A DNA stretch of 64,000 bases, taken from positions 187,664 to 251,663 of the IMG/VR virus record IMGVR_UViG_3300023174_002543; one strand, given 5' to 3'. The notes beneath the pieces are model-generated. The model did not search any database. It was not told the DNA's origin and saw nothing but the letters and a program-made list of their open reading frames with translations. Positions within the stretch are counted from its first letter, which is position 1; each line of letters begins with the position of its first letter. A program made the translations under genes and the position numbers. This DNA comes from a virus. Shown piece after piece: positions 59,935 through 64,000 of the stretch.

Positions 59935-60094
59935 CTTGCGGCACTTTTACACCACGAACATAAAAGCCTTCTTGTGTAATTTTTAGCATTTCGTCAGACG
60001 CATCATTAGCATAAAATGTTACTGTGTTTTTTGTTTCCATGTATGTAGCACCTTTATTATCTGTGATCCAAGTTAAAATTTGATTAGACTTCAT
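59858..60094 (-). CDS. Hypothetical small protein
   Basis: ORF. Confidence 0.25.
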   Translation of the reverse strand: MKSNQILTWITDNKGATYMETKNTVTFYANDASDEMLKITQEGFYVRGVKVPQDEREAESVYKTFHQWLTWATLNRTF

Positions 60095-61655
60095 TTAAGA
60101 TTTTTTCCATCTCATCATCACTATCTTCTATCACTTCTTCAAATTCAACTTCTTCTGTATTTGCTTTTACTTCTTCAAACAATCCTGATTCTATGATAGA
60201 AATTGTATTAGTAGTTTTCTTACCACTCATACCTTGACTACCGCTTTTAAATTGTTCCCATAACTTTTCATGTTTTTCAATTAAAGCAATTGATTCATCT
60301 TTAGTTTTACACGCAAATACTTGGTCAATGATATCTTTGAAAAGAATCTTTTCAAAACGCTGACTCATTAACATACTTGGAATTACACCTTGTTCATACT
60401 TACGATTAGCCTCTTGTACAGCATTCATGTGCATCCAAACATTATGACTTTGAATCAATGTATAACTCAATGTATCCCAACTTGTTTTAGTTTCTTTACC
60501 ATGCTGACCTAAGAAACCTTGACCACGATAACACATATCCTTAAGTACTAGTTTATCAGTTATTGGACTATCTGTAAAGACTTTATGGATACCTTCAGCC
60601 ACAACTGCATCACTATATTTGCGAGTGTCATTTGCATACGACTTTTTCTCCGCAGTCTTTTCCATACTATATGACCACTTCTTGTTGTGTTCAATACTAG
60701 TATTAAAATATGCTAAGCCTTTTGCCGCGCCAAAGAATGGGCTTGCACAATCAAATGTAATTTTGAGATTTGAGTTATGATATTTGCGTATTGCTTTTTG
60801 AATATCAGTAAATAATACCGCATACTCCATAATACTTGTACCCAAACAATGAATCAAATCGTGTTTTCCTGGTTGTAGTAAACCATCATGAATTATACCA
60901 ACCATGCGTTTAAGCATTAACTCAACATCAATCTTATTCTGTCCACCAAATGCCCAACCGTTAAAGTGATTGTCTGGATAGATATTTGGGTCACAATACT
61001 TTTTCATTTCTTCATACCAACTATCACTTTGTGTATGAGTACGACCTTGCAATACGTTTAAGAACTTACAACTACCATTGCGATTCTTAATGAAGTATTC
61101 ATTATTGATATGTGTTGCTTTAATAGCATCTTCAATAGTTTTAATACCATGCGCTGATGTTTTAGTCTTTGGGTCTTGAATATGATAAGTTGTCAATGAC
61201 TGTGAAGGAATATCTAAACACATACCGTAGTTCATGTATGTATCCATCCATGTCAATACTTGTTGACGTTTCTTCATAGCACGGGGACAGTTAGGATCTT
61301 TCCAATCAGCGGGCCATTGTGCTTTAAGAATTTGGAAACCACCTGAATCACCTAACATAAATGTGTTAGGGTCACGTTTACGAATAATTGATTCGTTATT
61401 GTCATCCTTAGTTACATCTAAGTTTGCATGACCTGCACTATACAAGCCCCACTTATAATAGTAAAGACCTTTTTGTGCGTTTAAAAAGTTAAGACATTCA
61501 ACATCACCATTGAACTGTGCAGGGATACGTGCAGCATCAAAATAGTTCTCGCCTTCACGTTGTTTACCTAAGCCAGCAATATAAAAACTACTAATAGCAG
61601 GCAAGAATGTTGCCCACTCATCATTATGTTTTTGTGATAAATTGTCTTGTTCCAT
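60084..61655 (-). CDS. dpdA: DpdA-like DNA-guanine transglycosylase (TGT superfamily: FMLGDSGGFQ; KITFDCASP nucleophile region; no CxCxxC..H zinc site; ~100-aa acidic C-terminal extension)
   Basis: TGT catalytic motifs without zinc subdomain. Confidence 0.6.
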   Translation of the reverse strand: MEQDNLSQKHNDEWATFLPAISSFYIAGLGKQREGENYFDAARIPAQFNGDVECLNFLNAQKGLYYYKWGLYSAGHANLDVTKDDNNESIIRKRDPNTFMLGDSGGFQILKAQWPADWKDPNCPRAMKKRQQVLTWMDTYMNYGMCLDIPSQSLTTYHIQDPKTKTSAHGIKTIEDAIKATHINNEYFIKNRNGSCKFLNVLQGRTHTQSDSWYEEMKKYCDPNIYPDNHFNGWAFGGQNKIDVELMLKRMVGIIHDGLLQPGKHDLIHCLGTSIMEYAVLFTDIQKAIRKYHNSNLKITFDCASPFFGAAKGLAYFNTSIEHNKKWSYSMEKTAEKKSYANDTRKYSDAVVAEGIHKVFTDSPITDKLVLKDMCYRGQGFLGQHGKETKTSWDTLSYTLIQSHNVWMHMNAVQEANRKYEQGVIPSMLMSQRFEKILFKDIIDQVFACKTKDESIALIEKHEKLWEQFKSGSQGMSGKKTTNTISIIESGLFEEVKANTEEVEFEEVIEDSDDEMEKILNEV

Positions 61656-62044
61656 TAGCTTCCCATCATTTCTACTGGCTCATTACCTGGACTCTTAATA
61701 AGGGTTCTAATCATTTTGATTTGGTATTTTTTCTTTTCAATATCATTAACTAAGTCTTTGATACTAGGATGTTCTTGGGCTAATGCTTGTAATTCAAGTT
61801 CTTCAATACGTTTTTGTCTAGCCCAGTCAAGTAGACTTTCTGCTTCACCCGTGAGTCCTATGCTTGGCATAGCCATATTAAGCATGACCCAATTACTACC
61901 ATCAAACACTTCCATATTTTGCGAACTAGTATTGTATCGCATGTTACCCACACCTTGCAATCCTGAGTGCCCATTTACATAGGTACTAGCTATAGAATTG
62001 GTAACTGTTATATAACGCCCGAATGGTGTAATACTCTTAATCAT
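61655..62044 (-). CDS. Hypothetical protein
   Basis: ORF. Confidence 0.3.
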   Translation of the reverse strand: MIKSITPFGRYITVTNSIASTYVNGHSGLQGVGNMRYNTSSQNMEVFDGSNWVMLNMAMPSIGLTGEAESLLDWARQKRIEELELQALAQEHPSIKDLVNDIEKKKYQIKMIRTLIKSPGNEPVEMMGS

Positions 62045-62763
62045 TTTGTGTGTGCTGGCAATAAGTAACTGTAATTAGCAAGACCGCTATCAACTGTAAT
62101 CTCTAATGCACCTGCACCATTGATACGGAATACTTTGTCACCGGGAAGATTCAAAATACTGATTACATGCGTAATAGGCCACTTGAGTTTCTTTGACAAT
62201 GAACCAGTAACACCACTTTGGAATACAAAATTACCATTGTGTGTACTTACATCACCGAAGTCAAAATACAAATTACCATTTGCAATACGTGTTGCAAATG
62301 TTTCTTCTTCGCTATGCACCTGTGATTGTTTCTTTAGTCGCAGAATACTTTCTACGCTAGGAACAAATTCAACGTCCCAGTCTTTACCTTTGTATGCAAA
62401 AATCTTTACTTGGTCATCTGCAATTTCTTTGCTCATTAAACGATAGTCGTTTACAAAGTCACCGTTTTTGCTTTCAAAGTGAATACACTCTGGTAACGTT
62501 GCAGCATTGCGAACCATTGAGATTTTACTATCTTCACCATACTCGTCAAAACTCAAAATAGTTTTTAGTTTAGGTAGATTAGGCATACCGAATGTACCAA
62601 TGAAGTCTGGGCTAGCGTTTTTGAACGTTCCAGTAATCATTACTGTTTGTTTTTCACTACTAGCATTGATTTTAGTTTCTTGTTCAGTGCCAGTTACCTT
62701 AATAAGGTCAATAAATCCCAATGCACTTGTGTGTGCAATCATGTCTTGCAAATAATCTTTCAT
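62041..62763 (-). CDS. Possible gp45-like sliding clamp (size ~240 aa, acidic, directly downstream of DNA polymerase)
   Basis: Position and size only; weak C-terminal resemblance. Confidence 0.25.
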   Translation of the reverse strand: MKDYLQDMIAHTSALGFIDLIKVTGTEQETKINASSEKQTVMITGTFKNASPDFIGTFGMPNLPKLKTILSFDEYGEDSKISMVRNAATLPECIHFESKNGDFVNDYRLMSKEIADDQVKIFAYKGKDWDVEFVPSVESILRLKKQSQVHSEEETFATRIANGNLYFDFGDVSTHNGNFVFQSGVTGSLSKKLKWPITHVISILNLPGDKVFRINGAGALEITVDSGLANYSYLLPAHTK

Positions 62764-62852
62764 GTGTTTCCTTTAATTTGTTAACTATTTAAATAGTTTG
62801 ATTGTGTATTATAGATGGCTTTAATGAATAAGTCAACATCAGTTTAACCATA

Positions 62853-64000
62853 TTAGGCTAAACTGAATAAATCATCGAAGGTTGTGCTTACATCTGTATT
62901 CTCACGGATCTTCCAATCCAATACACCGAGTAAGTTATCAATCTTTTCATCCACTAATGTTTGTTCCATTGCGTCATCGTCAAATGGTAAGTCTTTGAAC
63001 CATTTTGGTAATCGTAGTTCATCAGTTGGATAAGCAATACTTGTATAGCCAAGAGGATTACTTCTTAGTTTACATACAACTACTTTCATACCATCGACAA
63101 TTTTCATACTATACTGGTCACCATTCATGTTACGCAAATAGTTATAGTTGATTGCCGCACGAACGTGTCCGGGCATGTTTGTTTTGCCTTCACGCTTTTC
63201 TTTTTCGGCATACATCGTCAACTTGTTTACTGATTTAGGTGAGCCTTTAGTCCAACTTTCTTGCTCTGATAGAACACGTTTAAACTCTTTTACCTTTTCA
63301 ATGACTTCTTCACGACCATAACCATCTTGAATTACCATGCACAATACACTCATTAAGAACTCTTGCACATATTTAGGTGTGTCAGCACGTTTCAAGTCAA
63401 GACCCATAGCCTTAACATCACCCTTGTTACCATCCTTATCCTTACGTTTACCTTCTTTATCAAAGATATTGATAGCATAGCGTTTCTTTGTAATAAAGAT
63501 ACTACGATCACCGATCAGTTCACGACCAGCCTTAATGATTGAACCATTTTTGCGAGGTGTATGAAATGCACGTTCCATGAATGCAGGGAAACTTTCGTTA
63601 GTTTCTTCGGCAATACTATCGTATAACTGAATACAAACATCTTTGTCCCAGACTAATTCACCATCGTCTATTTGTTTTTTAAGTGATGGGAGTGCAGTAA
63701 AATAGCAACTATCAGTATCACCATAAACAATAGCATCACCGTCATGTGTATACTTGCCTGTTACAATCTCATTGATTTGGCTCATCATATGACGAACAAT
63801 TTGACGACCACACAATGTAACACTTTGACCAATACGCTTGTCATAGAAACGACAATGCTCATTCAACAATGCACCATAAGCAGAATTCAATAAAATTTTA
63901 CGAACCAATTGTCGCTTATCCCAATATTCACGGTCTTCATCAGTAGTTGATTCACGCAATTTCTTTTGCATTTCTTTTCTATCACTATACCAACGACTCA
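62853..64000 (-). CDS. Family B DNA polymerase, C-terminal part (KILLNSAYG motif B region, YGDTDS motif C); N-terminus beyond window end
   Basis: Frame open past 64000; polB motifs. Confidence 0.8.
   Translation of the reverse strand, partial: SRWYSDRKEMQKKLRESTTDEDREYWDKRQLVRKILLNSAYGALLNEHCRFYDKRIGQSVTLCGRQIVRHMMSQINEIVTGKYTHDGDAIVYGDTDSCYFTALPSLKKQIDDGELVWDKDVCIQLYDSIAEETNESFPAFMERAFHTPRKNGSIIKAGRELIGDRSIFITKKRYAINIFDKEGKRKDKDGNKGDVKAMGLDLKRADTPKYVQEFLMSVLCMVIQDGYGREEVIEKVKEFKRVLSEQESWTKGSPKSVNKLTMYAEKEKREGKTNMPGHVRAAINYNYLRNMNGDQYSMKIVDGMKVVVCKLRSNPLGYTSIAYPTDELRLPKWFKDLPFDDDAMEQTLVDEKIDNLLGVLDWKIRENTDVSTTFDDLFSLA

Noticed and set aside
62041-62763. Considered calling this ORF confidently as gp45 sliding clamp
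   Set aside because: Only size, acidity and position support it; no convincing motif-level match could be made by eye, so kept at low confidence.
1-64000. Possibility that the window is bacterial chromosome or an endosymbiont/organelle genome because of dnaK, clpXP, infA, rpsU
   Set aside because: Arguments for a phage: gene density; unidirectional arrays of tiny ORFs each with its own consensus promoter; T4-type rnh, ATP-ligase, polB, dCMP deaminase, MazG, Seg-like GIY-YIG, DpdA and a CTS-like leader. There are no tRNA/rRNA genes and no host-like operon structure. Host DNA cannot be fully excluded without the flanks.

Overview
What this window is: 64 kb of AT-rich DNA (roughly one-third G+C by eye), densely coding and almost entirely on the minus strand. 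Two short plus-strand gene islands (9123-10852, 18830-19855) are bounded by hairpin terminators. The gene content points to a large virulent T4-like or jumbo phage early/hyperplastic region, not a bacterial chromosome. Evidence for this: a family B DNA polymerase C-terminus running off the 3' edge, a T4-type RNase H/FEN, an ATP-dependent DNA ligase, dCMP deaminase, MazG, a GIY-YIG/NUMOD3 Seg-like homing endonuclease, a DNA amino-methyltransferase and UvdE. In addition, at least 16 transcription units are headed by near-perfect TTGACA-N17-TATAAT promoters, many of them near-identical copies of one ~35-bp sequence. No tRNA, rRNA or CRISPR array was recognised.

Standout content:
1. A 7-deazaguanine DNA-modification module: FolE, QueD, QueE and a DpdA-like DNA-guanine transglycosylase, with no QueC in the window. 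A TagD/HldE-type cytidylyltransferase, a class II aldolase-like protein, two GT-B glycosyltransferases, a truncated UDP-glucose-dehydrogenase-like protein and an NAD-epimerase are interleaved with it. This may indicate a deazaguanine (CDG-type) base plus an uncharacterised sugar or polyol elaboration.
2. Two tandem paralogous large proteins that both begin with MRASEFITEA, which closely resembles the T4 internal-protein capsid-targeting sequence MKTYQEFIAEA. They are therefore candidate capsid-packaged, DNA-co-injected effectors. One carries a GNAT motif plus a ParB/Srx-like domain; the other carries LysM plus a GH19 lysozyme domain.
3. An unusual phage-borne proteostasis/translation set: ClpP, ClpS, Hsp20, DnaK, ribosomal protein bS21, ClpX and translation initiation factor IF-1.
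4. A Sec-signal, discoidin-domain, Thr-rich protein with an autotransporter-like C-terminal beta-barrel.
5. A Fe/Mn-SOD-like protein, two lipoproteins, an SPFH lipoprotein, acidic WPFGP-motif paralogs and a multi-zinc-ribbon acidic protein.

All functional calls come from motif-level reading of the supplied translations. No database search was run.
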